Source: an uncultured Actinomycetes bacterium
GTDB lineage: Bacteria; Actinomycetota; Thermoleophilia; Gaiellales; Gaiellaceae
Direction of reading: 5' to 3'
Length of the DNA stretch: 64,000 bases
NCBI GenBank assembly: GCA_963789895.1
Contig: CAWBMC010000002.1
Location: forward strand, 276,548 to 340,547
Positions 39,282-49,740 of the stretch are shown piece by piece; position 1 is the stretch's first letter; each line of letters starts with the position of its first letter. Below the pieces are notes generated by a model, which was not told where the DNA came from, did not search any database, and saw only the letters and a list, made by a program, of their open reading frames with translations. Position numbers and translations under genes: made by a program.

Positions 39282-40801
39282 TCAGGCCGCGGTCACGAGC
39301 TCGGCCACCAGCGGCGCCGTGTCGAGCGGGTCGAACCCGATCCGGGCCGCGATCTCCTCCGACGACGGGCGCGTCCCTTCGAGGAAGAGGCCGCGCAGGA
39401 GCTCGCCCGTCCGTGGGCGCCGCCACCAGTCCGGTGCCACCTCGCTTCGGAGCCAGACGCGGAGCTGCGCCGAGCGCACCCAGGCGCGGAGGTAGTCGGC
39501 CGAGTAGAAGCCGGAGTCCATGTCGGCCAGGTGGTTCTCTTCCGGGTAGGCGACGCCGGTCGCGGCGGTCAGGCGCTCTGCGTAGCCCTCGGACGTGCCG
39601 CCGTCGTCGCCGAAGCGGTGCCAGAAGTCGAGCTCGAAGCCGAGCTTGGCCGAGTAGCGCCTGAAGAGCAGCGCGTTGACGAAGCCTGCGGCAGCGGCGT
39701 GCTCGATGCGCCTCCGTCTCGCCGAGCCCGAAGTGCTCGGCGTGCCAGCCCGGCTCACGGACGATCGAGTCGAGCAGGAACGAGTAGATCTCGGTCAGCG
39801 CGTGGTCGCGGGACAGCCGCCGGTACGCGTACGGAAGCGCCGGATCGCAGCCCGCGTAGTGCAGCGCGTGACCGGCCTCGTGGAGAAAGGCCTCGTAGTC
39901 GTGCAGGCCGCCCTGCGCGCGGGTGATGAGATGCACGAGCCGCGGCGGGTCCGAGGGGATGACACACGCGCGCGGCGACTTCTGCGGCCGGTCGTCGAGG
40001 TCGAGCCGGATGCCGCTCGCGGCTTCGAGGTCGAGGCCGAGCGCGTCGAGTGTGGCGCTGCACACCGGCACCGATCGCTCGCGCGTGTACGTCGTCTCGA
40101 GCGGTGACAGCCGTCGCAGCCACGCCACGTGCGCGAACGACGGGATTGCAGCGCGCTCCTCTCCGAGGAGGCGGTCGAACCACCGGTCGCGTGCCGTCGT
40201 GTAGGCGGCGGTCGTCGCCTCGCGCGTGGCGTCGAGCACCTCGAGCAGAGGCGCGAGCGCGATTCCCTTCTCCGCCTCGTTGCGCGCCACCGGGTTCGCC
40301 TCGCCGGAGAGCTCGGCAGCGAGCTCCTCGTGCGCCGCCAGGAGCGACCTCCGGTCGTCGTTGAACGACGCGGACACCTGCAGCCCCACGGCGCCGAGCT
40401 CGTCCCGCTCGGCGTACGAGACAAGCGTCGCGAGACGCGCTTGAGCGCGTGCGCAACGGCAGCTCCTCCCCCTGCCACGGGACACGGGCCGCGAGGAGCG
40501 CGTTCTCGAGCGCGTCGTCGCGCTCTGCCAGCTCGCGTACGAGGATGCCGCCCTCGCACATGAGCCGCAGCCTCGTCAGCCTCTCCCGGCCGTCGTCGGC
40601 GACCTCCGTCTCGTCGTGCGCGAGCGCGTCGAGCTGCTCCCGCGTGAAGAGATCCTCGTAGCGGGCGACGATCGCCGCTTGCTCCGACGTCTCCTTCTCC
40701 CCCACCCGCACCGCGCGTGACTCCTCGGAGCGCTCGAAGAGATACGCGGCGAGGCGCTCCTCGAACGCGTCCGCGCCGCGTACTTTGTGGTGATTCACCA
40801 C
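39282..40801 (-). CDS. Gluzincin metallopeptidase (M3/M32-like); frameshifts near 40445 and 39710
   Basis: RPQKSPRAC, LHEAGHALH (HExxH), downstream TEIYSF, YSADY; coding split across three frames. Confidence 0.75.
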
Positions 40802-40803
40802 AA
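40785..40803. repeat. Palindromic element variant (ttgtggtga-t-tcaccacaa)
   Basis: Same family as 14643 with a compensatory T>G / A>C change. Confidence 0.8.
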
Positions 40804-40811
40804 GCGGGGTT

Positions 40812-42071
40812 TCACGCGGCGAGCTCCGACGCGTGCCGGAGACGCTCGAGGGTCACGTCGCGGCCGAGCAGCTCGAGCGACTCGTAGAGCCCCGGCGACA
40901 CCCGCGAGCCGGTGACGGCGACCCGGATCGGCGCGTACACCTGGCGCGGCTTCTGACCGAGCTCGTCGCAGAGCGCCTTGAGCCGCGCCTCGATCGTCCC
41001 CGCCTGCCACGGGTCGACCTCGCGCAGGGCCGCCTCGGCGTGCTGCAGGATCGAGGCGTCGAGATCGGACGGGTCGGGTTCGACGTCATCGAAGAGAAAA
41101 CCGGCGAAGGCCGGGAACTCGCCCAGCCGTCCGATCTTCTCCTGCACGAGCGGCGCCGCCTCGCGCACCCGCTCCGCAGGCCAGTCGAGCCCCCGCTCAC
41201 GGAGAAAGGCGACAAGCGTCTCCGCGTAGCGGTCGGGCGGCAGCGCCCGCAGGTAGACGCCGTTCATCCAGTCGAGCTTGTCGTAGTCGAACGTGGCCGG
41301 GCTGGCACCGACACGCTCCAACGTGAAGCGGTCGACCAGCTCGCCCGGCGCCATGATCGTCGTCTCGCCGTCGGGCGCCCAGCCGAGCAGGGCGAGGAAG
41401 TTCATCAACGCGTCGGGCAGGTAGCCCGCGACACGGAACTCGTCCACGGAGACTGCCCCGTGCCGTTTGCTCAGCTTGCGGCCGTCGGGGCCGTTGATGC
41501 TCGGCACATGCGCGTAGACGGGCGGCTCGTGACCGAGCGCCTGCAGGATCTGGATCTGCTTCGGCGTGTTCGAGACGTGGTCGTCGCCGCGGATCACGTG
41601 GCTGATCGCGTCGTCCATGTCCTCGACCGGCGAGGCGAAGTTGTAGGTGGCACGACCGTCGGAGCGGACGATGACGAGGTCGTCCAGCTGGTCGTTCGGG
41701 AACTCGATGCGGCCGCGAACCGCGTCCTCCCAGCCGGTGACGCCGTCGTCGGGCATGCGAAAACGGATCGCGCCCTCGTCCTCGTACGCCCGCCCCTCGG
41801 CGACGAGGCGCGCCGCGAGCTCGCGACAGCGCTCCATCGCGTCGAGCTGGAAGGTCACCGGCCCGTCCCACTCGATCCCGAGCCACGTGAGGGAGCGCTG
41901 GATCTGCTCCGTCGCCTCCTCCACCTCGCGGCTCGTGTCGGTGTTCTCGATCCGCAGCAGGCACTCGCCGCGACGGCCGCGCGCGAAGAGCCAGTTGAAG
42001 AGGAACGTGCGCACACCGCCGATGTGCAGGAAGCCTGTCGGGGACGGGGCCATGCGGACGCGGACGCTCAT
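40812..42071 (-). CDS. gltX: Glutamate--tRNA ligase (compact form)
   Basis: RMAPSPTGFLHIGG, HVIRGDDH, KLSKR, SPGLYE anticodon domain. Confidence 0.95.
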   Translation of the reverse strand: MSVRVRMAPSPTGFLHIGGVRTFLFNWLFARGRRGECLLRIENTDTSREVEEATEQIQRSLTWLGIEWDGPVTFQLDAMERCRELAARLVAEGRAYEDEGAIRFRMPDDGVTGWEDAVRGRIEFPNDQLDDLVIVRSDGRATYNFASPVEDMDDAISHVIRGDDHVSNTPKQIQILQALGHEPPVYAHVPSINGPDGRKLSKRHGAVSVDEFRVAGYLPDALMNFLALLGWAPDGETTIMAPGELVDRFTLERVGASPATFDYDKLDWMNGVYLRALPPDRYAETLVAFLRERGLDWPAERVREAAPLVQEKIGRLGEFPAFAGFLFDDVEPDPSDLDASILQHAEAALREVDPWQAGTIEARLKALCDELGQKPRQVYAPIRVAVTGSRVSPGLYESLELLGRDVTLERLRHASELAA

Positions 42072-42087
42072 CGAGCGGCCATGGTAG

Positions 42088-42265
42088 TCACGACGTCGCG
42101 ACCGCCCCCGGAGCGGGTGCGCGTATCGCGCGCACCGACTGCACTGCCGCGATCACGGCCGACGCAGCGAGGAAGATCGTCAGGGCGGATCGTCGTGGCG
42201 CTGAAGAGCAGGCGAAACTGCCGCTCCTGGAGCGTGCCGAGACGACCGCGCAAGGACACGGACAC
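42088..42265 (-). pseudogene. MFS transporter with large internal deletion
   Basis: N-terminus RLGTLQERQFRLLFSATTI joined out of frame to C-terminus ALTIFLAASAVIAAVQSVRAIRAP-stop. Confidence 0.6.
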
Positions 42266-42284
42266 CGCCGAGTAGCGTACGCAT

Positions 42285-43157
42285 GTGCTGTTCGGCGCCC
42301 ACGTCTCGTCATCCGGTGGGATCTCGAACGCGATCGACCGGGCTGCCGAGCTCCGTTGCGACGCGGTCCAGGTGTTCACGCAGAGCCCGCGCATGTGGCG
42401 ACCCACGGCACACACGCCGGAGCACGTGGCACGGTTCCGTGAGCGGCGGGAAGAGACGGGGATCGGAGCGGTCGTCTGTCACGCGCTCTACCTCGTCAAC
42501 CTCGCGAGCCCCGACCCGGTGATCCACGGAAAGTCGGTTGCGGCCATGCGCGCGACGCTCGAAGCGGCGGCTGCGATCGGCGCCGACGCGGTCATCTTCC
42601 ACCCCGGCTCGCACCTCGGCGCCGGGATCGCGGCCGGCGTCGAGCGATCCGTGCCCGCGCTCCGCGAGCTGCTCGAGCTGACCGACGACCGCCTCTGGCT
42701 GCTGCTCGAGAACTGCGCCGGCGCCGGGGGCACGATGGGACGTTCCCTGACGGAGCTCGCGGCGATCGTGGACTCTGTCGACCGCCACCCCCGGCTCGGC
42801 GTCTGTCTCGACTCCTGCCACTGGTGGGCATCGGGTGTCGACGTCACCGATCCCGCGGCGCTCGACGCGGCGGTGACGGAGCTCGACACGACGATCGGTC
42901 TCGACCGGCTGCGGTGCCTCCACGTCAACGACGCTGCCTCCGCACTCGGGTCGAATCTCGACCGGCACGCCTCGATCGGCCAGGGCGAGATGGGCTCGAA
43001 GATGTCCGTCTTCCTCGCCCACCCGTCCTTCCAGGGTCTGCCGGCGATCCTCGAGACGCCCGGTCCCGACGGCCACGGCCCCGACGCTGCGGAGGTGCAG
43101 GCGCTGCGCGACCTGCATCGCCGCGGTGTGCGCAACGCACGGCGGCGCTCTGTCTGA
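42285..43157 (+). CDS. nfo: Endonuclease IV
   Basis: GAHVS, QVFTQSPR, HALYLVNLAS, HPGSH, LLENCAG, CLDSCH, HVND, DRH, ILETP. Confidence 0.96.
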   Translation: MLFGAHVSSSGGISNAIDRAAELRCDAVQVFTQSPRMWRPTAHTPEHVARFRERREETGIGAVVCHALYLVNLASPDPVIHGKSVAAMRATLEAAAAIGADAVIFHPGSHLGAGIAAGVERSVPALRELLELTDDRLWLLLENCAGAGGTMGRSLTELAAIVDSVDRHPRLGVCLDSCHWWASGVDVTDPAALDAAVTELDTTIGLDRLRCLHVNDAASALGSNLDRHASIGQGEMGSKMSVFLAHPSFQGLPAILETPGPDGHGPDAAEVQALRDLHRRGVRNARRRSV

Positions 43158-43158
43158 G

Positions 43159-43215
43159 GTGCCAGGCACGAGAACACGTCTCGCGCCGCCATGTCCTCAT
43201 GCCTGGCACGAGGAC
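43159..43215. repeat. REP-like GTGCC(A/T)GGCAC hairpin between convergent genes
   Basis: gtgccaggcacgagaaca ... tgtcctcatgcctggcac inverted pair. Confidence 0.7.
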
Positions 43216-43255
43216 GCGGCTCTCGCGGGCGTGTCCGAAACGGACGCTGACGCGG

Positions 43256-43681
43256 CTACGGACGCTGGTCGGACAGCTCCGCGATGACGCGGAAGCTCGG
43301 CCGCTCGGCAGCCACCTCGAAGAACTCGGGGTTGCGGCAGCCGACCTCGTCGAGCCGGTGCTCGTAGCAGGCGCTCACCTCTGAGCGGCACATCGGCAGG
43401 GGCGCACGCCGGGCGCGCACGGCGCCGAAGCCGTCTGGCCGCTCCTCGGCGGCACGCAGCAGGTCGAGGTCGATCTCGACGTCGAAGACCTTCTGCAGGC
43501 AGCCCATGTAGGTGTGCCCCCACGCCTCGTACGCGTACACGAACGGACAGCTGCGCTCGAGGCACGAGCCCGGATGCACCACCTTGTCGCAGAGCACCTC
43601 GCAGCGGCGGCATTCGACCTCGTCCTGGGGCCGCAGCGGGAGCTCCGTGCGGCGGAGACGGGCCGGGGCGATGTCGCTCAC
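43256..43681 (-). CDS. Cys-rich hypothetical protein
   Basis: CRRCEVLC, CLERSC and further Cys (9 in 141 aa). Confidence 0.75.
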   Translation of the reverse strand: MSDIAPARLRRTELPLRPQDEVECRRCEVLCDKVVHPGSCLERSCPFVYAYEAWGHTYMGCLQKVFDVEIDLDLLRAAEERPDGFGAVRARRAPLPMCRSEVSACYEHRLDEVGCRNPEFFEVAAERPSFRVIAELSDQRP

Positions 43682-43828
43682 AGCACGGATCGTGGCAGCG
43701 ATTCGATAGCCGCCGCAAGACTTGACATGCCGGCCGGATGAGGCTAGGCGGCTCGTGACGCAATCGCACAAACAGCGCTCGCGGCGGCGTCGGGTTGCTG
43801 ATCGGCAGCCGGGTAGGGTTCGCGGGCG

Positions 43829-44875
43829 ATGCTGCGGAAGGCTCTCCTCGCCTCGCTCGCACTCACGCCCGTCACGATCGCGCTCGACCACTTCGCCGAT
43901 CTGAGCGCGACGACGGCGTTCGTGCTCGCGGCGCTCGCACTCGTCCCGCTCGCCTGGGTGATCGGCGAAGCGACGGAGCACGCGGCCGAGCACACGGGGC
44001 CGGGCATCGGCGGCTTCCTGAACGCCACCTTCGGGAATGCCCCCGAGTTGATCATCGCGCTGCTGGCCGTCAACGAAGGGCTGCCGGAGGTCGTTCGTGG
44101 GTCGCTGACCGGGTCGGTGGTCGGCAACCTCCTGCTCGTGCTCGGCTTCTCGCTCGTCGCCGGGGGGCGTGGCCGGGTCGACCGGTGGTCGACGCTCATG
44201 TCACTCAGCGTGGTCGGCATCGCGGTCGCCCTCCTCTTCATCCCGTCGGTCGTGAGCTGGGAGGGAGATCCGAACCGGCATGCGGTCGCCGTGCTGTCGA
44301 TCCCCGTCTCCATCGCGCTGCTTCTGCTCTACATCGGCACCACCTGGTACTCGCTCCGCCGGCACCACATCCAGCACGTCTCGAGCGACCACATGGTCGA
44401 AGGCTGGTCGTTCCGCCTCTCGCTCGTCGTGCTCGGCGTGGCCACGGTCGCAACTGCGTTGGTGGCGGAGATCCTCGTCGGGTCGCTCGAGACGTTCGCC
44501 GACCAGTTCGGCCTGAGCGACTTCTTCGTCGCGGCGGTGATCGTCGCCATCGTCGGGAACGCAGCCGAGCACGGCGGTGCCGTGCTCGTCGCACGCCGCG
44601 GCAAGATCGAGCTCGCCACGGAGATCGCGCTGTCATCCGCGGCGCAGGTCGCCGTCTTCCTCATCCCCGCGGTGGCTCTGCTGTCGTGGCTGATCGACCC
44701 CCTCGCGCTGGCGTTCCGCCCTGTCGAGATCGGTGCGCTCGCGGCCTCGACCGGCCTCGTCGCAGTGACGCTGGCCGATGGCCGCTCGAGCAGGGCGAAG
44801 GGGCTGCTGCTCCTCGGTGCGTATGCGATCGTCGCGGCCGCCTTCTACGCGGTCGGCGATCGCGCGGCTGGTTAG
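43829..44875 (+). CDS. Ca2+/H+ exchanger (CAX/ChaA family)
   Basis: LNATFGNAPEL, IVGNAAEH alpha repeats. Confidence 0.93.
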   Translation: MLRKALLASLALTPVTIALDHFADLSATTAFVLAALALVPLAWVIGEATEHAAEHTGPGIGGFLNATFGNAPELIIALLAVNEGLPEVVRGSLTGSVVGNLLLVLGFSLVAGGRGRVDRWSTLMSLSVVGIAVALLFIPSVVSWEGDPNRHAVAVLSIPVSIALLLLYIGTTWYSLRRHHIQHVSSDHMVEGWSFRLSLVVLGVATVATALVAEILVGSLETFADQFGLSDFFVAAVIVAIVGNAAEHGGAVLVARRGKIELATEIALSSAAQVAVFLIPAVALLSWLIDPLALAFRPVEIGALAASTGLVAVTLADGRSSRAKGLLLLGAYAIVAAAFYAVGDRAAG

Positions 44876-46206
44876 GACGAATCCTCTCCGAACGTCGACG
44901 GATGGCGCGTCACCGGGTAGGTGGCGAAATAGAGCTTCACGATCTCTCCGTGCTCGTCGCGCACCGCACGCACGAGCTCGCCCTGCTCACGCCCCTCGAC
45001 CACCCGCCAGCGATCGCTCCCGTCCGGCGCCAGGTACGACGTTCGTCGCCCGGGCGGGCCGTCGACGAGCTCGGCCTCCAGGCGCCCGGCACGGTACGAG
45101 ACGACGAGCCGGGAGCCCTCCGTCCACCAGAGCCCGAGCAGCGGCTCCGCCTCCCGGGGCACGTCGCCGGCAGCCCAGAGCGAGGGCGTGCGCGGGTCGG
45201 CGTCGAGCGCTGCGCAGGCGAGGTCGAGCGCAAGCCTCTCCGGATCGCCACCGGCGGCGGTGTTGGTCAGCACGGCTGCGCCCGTCCGCTCCTCGCGGTC
45301 GACGAGCATCGCGGCAAGGAACCCGGGCATGGCGCCGCCGTGACCGGCGAAGACGCGGTCGCCCCGGCGGTAGAGCTCCAGACCGAGGCCCCAGGCGACC
45401 GTCCAGCGCTCGTGGTCGACCATGGTCTGGACGCGCGCCATCTCGTCGAGGCTCGATCCGGTGAGCACGTCTTCCGATCCGGTGCAGAGAAAGTCCGCCC
45501 ACCGCGCGAGGTCGCGCGCGGTCGACCACAACCAGCCCGCTGCGCCCGTCGACTCGGTCACCTCGGGGTCGGGTTCGACCCGCACCCGATCCGCATACGG
45601 GTGCACGAAGTACGGCGTCGCCTTCGGTGCGTCCGGGCGTAGCCTCGTTCGCTCCAGCCCGAGGGGATCGAGGACCCGTTCCTGCAGTGTCCGCTCGTAC
45701 GACTCGCCGGCACGTGCCACCACCTCGCCGAGCGCCGCGAAGGCGAGGTTCGAGTAGTGCCAGAGACGACCCGGCTGCAGAACCTGCTCGGCGTCGGCCA
45801 GCCCGCTGACGAGGTCCTCGCGGCTCGGCGCTTGCATCGTCTCCCAGATCTCTCCCGGTGGCTCGCGCTGGATCCCGGAGAGGTGCGAGAGCGCGTGACG
45901 GATGGTTGCCCCAGCGGGGAACTCGGGCAGATACGTCCCGATCGGTGCGTCCAGCTCGAGCCGGCCCTCGTCGCGCAGCTGCAGGATCGCGACCGCCGTG
46001 AACGTCTTCGTGATCGAGCCGATGCGGTAGGCGTGGTCGACCGTCGCCGGTTCCGCTCGCTCGACGTCGGCGAGACCGAGCGCGCTCTCCCACACGACGT
46101 CCCCGTCGCGAAACACGACGGCGACGACCGACGGCAGCCGCCGGTCGGCCTGCGCGACGGCGACGAGGCGGTCGAGCTCGGTCGTGAGCCGGTCAGGCAC
46201 GGACAC
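44872..46206 (-). CDS. Serine hydrolase, beta-lactamase class C family
   Basis: IGSITK (SxxK), [13 protein letters not shown]. Confidence 0.9.
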   Translation of the reverse strand: MSVPDRLTTELDRLVAVAQADRRLPSVVAVVFRDGDVVWESALGLADVERAEPATVDHAYRIGSITKTFTAVAILQLRDEGRLELDAPIGTYLPEFPAGATIRHALSHLSGIQREPPGEIWETMQAPSREDLVSGLADAEQVLQPGRLWHYSNLAFAALGEVVARAGESYERTLQERVLDPLGLERTRLRPDAPKATPYFVHPYADRVRVEPDPEVTESTGAAGWLWSTARDLARWADFLCTGSEDVLTGSSLDEMARVQTMVDHERWTVAWGLGLELYRRGDRVFAGHGGAMPGFLAAMLVDREERTGAAVLTNTAAGGDPERLALDLACAALDADPRTPSLWAAGDVPREAEPLLGLWWTEGSRLVVSYRAGRLEAELVDGPPGRRTSYLAPDGSDRWRVVEGREQGELVRAVRDEHGEIVKLYFATYPVTRHPSTFGEDSS

Positions 46207-47236
46207 CGATGCCGAGCGCCTCCGGGACGAGCGCGCAGGCGCGGTCGACCTCGTCCTCCGTGACGTCGAGGTGCGTCACAGCCCGGATCACGGTCGGATG
46301 GATCGTCGACGACAGGCCGACTCCTGCCTCGCGCAGCCTTGCCAGTGCGTCGTCGCGACCGAGCCCGAGCGCTCCGACGTCGATCTGCACGAAGTTCGTC
46401 TCCGCCTGCGCCAGGTCGACCGGCAGCCCCGCTCCGTGCCATGCCTCGGCGAGACGGCGCGCGTGCGCGTGGTCGTCGGCGAGCCGTTCGACGTGGTGGT
46501 CGAGCGCGTACACGCCCGCGGCGGCGACGATGCCCGCCTGGCGCATGGCGCCACCGAAAAGGTGCTTCTCGCGCCAGGCGCGCTCGATGAGCGAGCTCGA
46601 GCCTGCGAGCAGGGCCCCGAGCGGGCAACCGAGCCCTTTCGACAGGCAGACGGTGACCGTGTCCATCGACGCCGCGATCGCGGCGGGGGCCACGCCCTGG
46701 GCAACAGCAGCGTTCCAGAGCCGCGCGCCGTCGAGGTGCACGGCGAGGCCCCGATCCCGGGCGGCGGTGACGACGGCGCCGAGCTCGTCCAGCGGCCAGC
46801 AGCGCCCGCCCGAGCTGTTGTGCGTGTCCTCGAGCGCGAGCACGGTCGCGCGCTGGTCGGCCGCCTTGGTGCTCGGCTGCGTCGCCGCGGAAAGCTCCTC
46901 GACCGTGATCCGGCCCTCGTGGCCCTCGATCGTGTCGACGAGCAGCCCTGCGTGCACTGCCGCGCCCCCGTACTCGTAGATCACGACATGGGCATGGCGC
47001 TCCGCGATCAGCACGTCGCCGGGTCGCGTGTGCAGCTTGAGCGCGATCTGGTTCGCCATCGTCGCCGTCGGCAGGAAGAGCGCGGCTTCCTGCCCGAGGA
47101 GCGCCGCGACCCGCTCCTGCAGCAGGGTCACGGTGGGGTCCTCGCGCTTCTGCTCGTCCCCCACCGGCGCCGCCGCGATCGCGGCGCGCATGCCGTCCGT
47201 GGGCCGGGTGGCGGTGTCCGAGCGGAGGTCGATCAC
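46193..47236 (-). CDS. ltaE: Low-specificity threonine aldolase
   Basis: [34 protein letters not shown]. Confidence 0.93.
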   Translation of the reverse strand: MIDLRSDTATRPTDGMRAAIAAAPVGDEQKREDPTVTLLQERVAALLGQEAALFLPTATMANQIALKLHTRPGDVLIAERHAHVVIYEYGGAAVHAGLLVDTIEGHEGRITVEELSAATQPSTKAADQRATVLALEDTHNSSGGRCWPLDELGAVVTAARDRGLAVHLDGARLWNAAVAQGVAPAAIAASMDTVTVCLSKGLGCPLGALLAGSSSLIERAWREKHLFGGAMRQAGIVAAAGVYALDHHVERLADDHAHARRLAEAWHGAGLPVDLAQAETNFVQIDVGALGLGRDDALARLREAGVGLSSTIHPTVIRAVTHLDVTEDEVDRACALVPEALGIGVRA

Positions 47237-47259
47237 GCCGGGGACGCTACCGTGACTGC

Positions 47260-48273
47260 ATGGATCTCGTCGCTCTCGAGGAGACGCTGGCAGCGCACGG
47301 CGAGCCGGCGTTCCGGGCCGGCCAGGTGTGGGGCTGGGTCGCACGCGGCGCCGGCGGCTACGACGAGATGACAAACGTCCCACTCTCGCTGCGCGCACTC
47401 CTCGCGGGGACCGTCCCGTTCTCGACGCTGTCGCTCGTCACCGAGGCGCACTCGAGCGACGGGACGGTGAAGGCGCTCTTCCACACCGCCGACGGGCATC
47501 CCGTGGAGGCCGTGTTGATGCGCTTCCGGGACGGCCGCCGCTCGGTCTGCGTCTCCTCGCAGTCCGGCTGCCCACTCACGTGCACGTTCTGCGCCACGGG
47601 TGCGATGCGCTTCGGGCGCAACCTGACGGCCTCCGAGATCCTCGACCAGGTGCTGCATTTCCGGCGCGTCGAGCCGGTCGACCATCTCGTCTTCATGGGG
47701 ATGGGTGAGCCGCTGATGAACCTCGAGGCGGTGATCGGCGCAGCCCGCCGCCTGCCGGACGTCGGCGTCACGCATCGCCGCACGACCGTCTCGACAGTCG
47801 GCTGGCTGCCGGGCCTGACGTCGTTCGTGGACGACGTGGCCGAGCCCATCCGCCTCGCGCTCTCCGTCCACGCCGCGGACGCCGAGCTGCGCTCACAGCT
47901 GATGCCCGTCAACGACCGCTACCCGCTGCCCGCGGTGCTCGCCGAATGCCGTCGCTACGCCGAGCGGCGGCGCCGGCGCGTGTTCGTCGAGTACGTGATG
48001 CTCGCCGGCGTCAACGACTCCCCGGCACAGGCCCGCGCGCTCGGGCGGCTGCTGGGCACCGACCACTTCAAGGTCAACCTGATCCCGTACAACCCCACCG
48101 GGCGCTTCGACGGCTCATCGCGCGACACGATCGAGCGCTTTCGCGTCGAGCTCGAGCGAGCCCGCGTTCCGGTCACCGTCCGGCTCACCCGCGGTCGCGA
48201 CATCGCCGCCGCGTGCGGCCAGCTCGCCGCGTCGCCACGGGCACGCCGTGCCACTGCAGCGGCGCCCGGCTAG
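47260..48273 (+). CDS. rlmN: Dual-specificity RNA methyltransferase RlmN
   Basis: [32 protein letters not shown]. Confidence 0.95.
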   Translation: MDLVALEETLAAHGEPAFRAGQVWGWVARGAGGYDEMTNVPLSLRALLAGTVPFSTLSLVTEAHSSDGTVKALFHTADGHPVEAVLMRFRDGRRSVCVSSQSGCPLTCTFCATGAMRFGRNLTASEILDQVLHFRRVEPVDHLVFMGMGEPLMNLEAVIGAARRLPDVGVTHRRTTVSTVGWLPGLTSFVDDVAEPIRLALSVHAADAELRSQLMPVNDRYPLPAVLAECRRYAERRRRRVFVEYVMLAGVNDSPAQARALGRLLGTDHFKVNLIPYNPTGRFDGSSRDTIERFRVELERARVPVTVRLTRGRDIAAACGQLAASPRARRATAAAPG

Positions 48274-48279
48274 GGGGCG

Positions 48280-49740
48280 TCAGACCAGGAGATCCGAGCC
48301 GACCGCGCCGAAGTCGTGGCTCACGACCGGCTGCTTCGCCGCCTTGACCTCGTCGAGGCGCCGTACGGGCCGCGTATGCGGCGCTTCGTGGAGCACCTCC
48401 GGGGACTCGGCCGCCTCGCGCGCGATCTGCCGCATCGCGTCGACGAGCTCGTCCAGCCGCTCCCTCGTCTCCGTCTCGGTGGGCTCGATCATCAGCGCCT
48501 CGGGCACGACGAGCGGGAAGTAGATCGTCGGCGGATGGATGCCGAAGTCCATCAGGCGCTTCGCGACGTCGAGCGCGGTGACCCCGTGCTCACGCTTCAA
48601 CGTGCGGGCGGAGAGCACGAACTCGTGCATGCAGTGCCGGTCGTACGGCAGCTCGTAGTCGTCCCGCAGCCGAGCGAGCAGGTAGTTCGCGTTCAGCACG
48701 GCCATCTCGGACATGTCCCGCAGGGCGGGTCCGTAGGCGCGGATGAAGGCGTACGAGCGCACGAAGACGCCGAACGCCCCGGCGAAGCCGCGCACACGGC
48801 CGATCGTCTGTGGGCGATCGTGGTCGAGCCGGTACCGGTCGCCGTCACGGACGATCACGGGCGCCGGCAGGAAGGGCGCGATGTCGTCCCGCACAGCCAC
48901 GGGCCCGGCGCCGGGGCCACCCCCTCCGTGCGGTTGCGAGAACGTCTTGTGCAGGTTGTAGTGGACGATGTCGAAGCCCATGTCGCCCGGCCGGGACTTC
49001 CCGACGACGGCGTTGAGGTTGGCTCCGTCGTAGTAGAGGAGCGCTCCGGCCGAGTGGAAGATCTCGGCCACCTCCTCGATCCCCTCGTCGAAGAGACCGA
49101 GTGTGGATGGATTCGTGAGCATCAGCCCTGCCGTGCGCTCGTTCACCTTGCCGCGCAGGTCGTCGAGGTCGAGGTTCCCCCGCTCGGTCGTCGCGACCTT
49201 CTCGAGCGTGTAGCCGGCCATCGTGACGCTCGCGGGGTTGGTGCCGTGGGCGGTGTCGGCGGTGATGATCGTGTCCCGCTGCTCCCCCTCGCCGCGGGCG
49301 GCGAAGTAGGCGCGCATCAGCATCAGCCCGGTCAGCTCGCCCTGCGAGCCGGCGGCCGGCTGCAGCGTCACGGCCGGCAGCCCGACGACCTCGGACAGGA
49401 TCCGCTCGAGCGCCCACATGAGCTCGAGCGCCCCCTGCGCGCCGTCGTCCTCCTGCAGCGGGTGCAGGTCGCGAAACCCGGGCAGCATCACGGCCCGCTC
49501 GTTGACGCGCGGGTTGTGCTTCATCGTGCAGCTGCCGAGCGGGTAGAAGCCGGTGTCGATGCCGAAGTTCCGGTCTGCGAGCGCGGTGAAGTGCCGCACG
49601 ATCTCGTTCTCCGGCACCTCGGGCAGCCGCGGCGGCACCGCGCGGCGGAGCGCGGCAGGGACGTCCGGCACCGGCAGATCCGGCCGCGGCGGTCGCCCGG
49701 CGCGCCGGCCCGGGCGGCTCTTCTCGTAGATCAGCTCCAC
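48280..49740 (-). CDS. gcvPB: Glycine dehydrogenase subunit 2
   Basis: YPLGSCTMKHNP, NLHKTFSQPHGGGGPG, MIEPTE. Confidence 0.96.
   Translation of the reverse strand: MELIYEKSRPGRRAGRPPRPDLPVPDVPAALRRAVPPRLPEVPENEIVRHFTALADRNFGIDTGFYPLGSCTMKHNPRVNERAVMLPGFRDLHPLQEDDGAQGALELMWALERILSEVVGLPAVTLQPAAGSQGELTGLMLMRAYFAARGEGEQRDTIITADTAHGTNPASVTMAGYTLEKVATTERGNLDLDDLRGKVNERTAGLMLTNPSTLGLFDEGIEEVAEIFHSAGALLYYDGANLNAVVGKSRPGDMGFDIVHYNLHKTFSQPHGGGGPGAGPVAVRDDIAPFLPAPVIVRDGDRYRLDHDRPQTIGRVRGFAGAFGVFVRSYAFIRAYGPALRDMSEMAVLNANYLLARLRDDYELPYDRHCMHEFVLSARTLKREHGVTALDVAKRLMDFGIHPPTIYFPLVVPEALMIEPTETETRERLDELVDAMRQIAREAAESPEVLHEAPHTRPVRRLDEVKAAKQPVVSHDFGAVGSDLLV

Noticed and set aside
43722-43750. TTGACA-N17-TAGGCG as a separate sRNA promoter
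   Set aside because: Weak -10 and no terminator; equally explained as a promoter for the CAX gene
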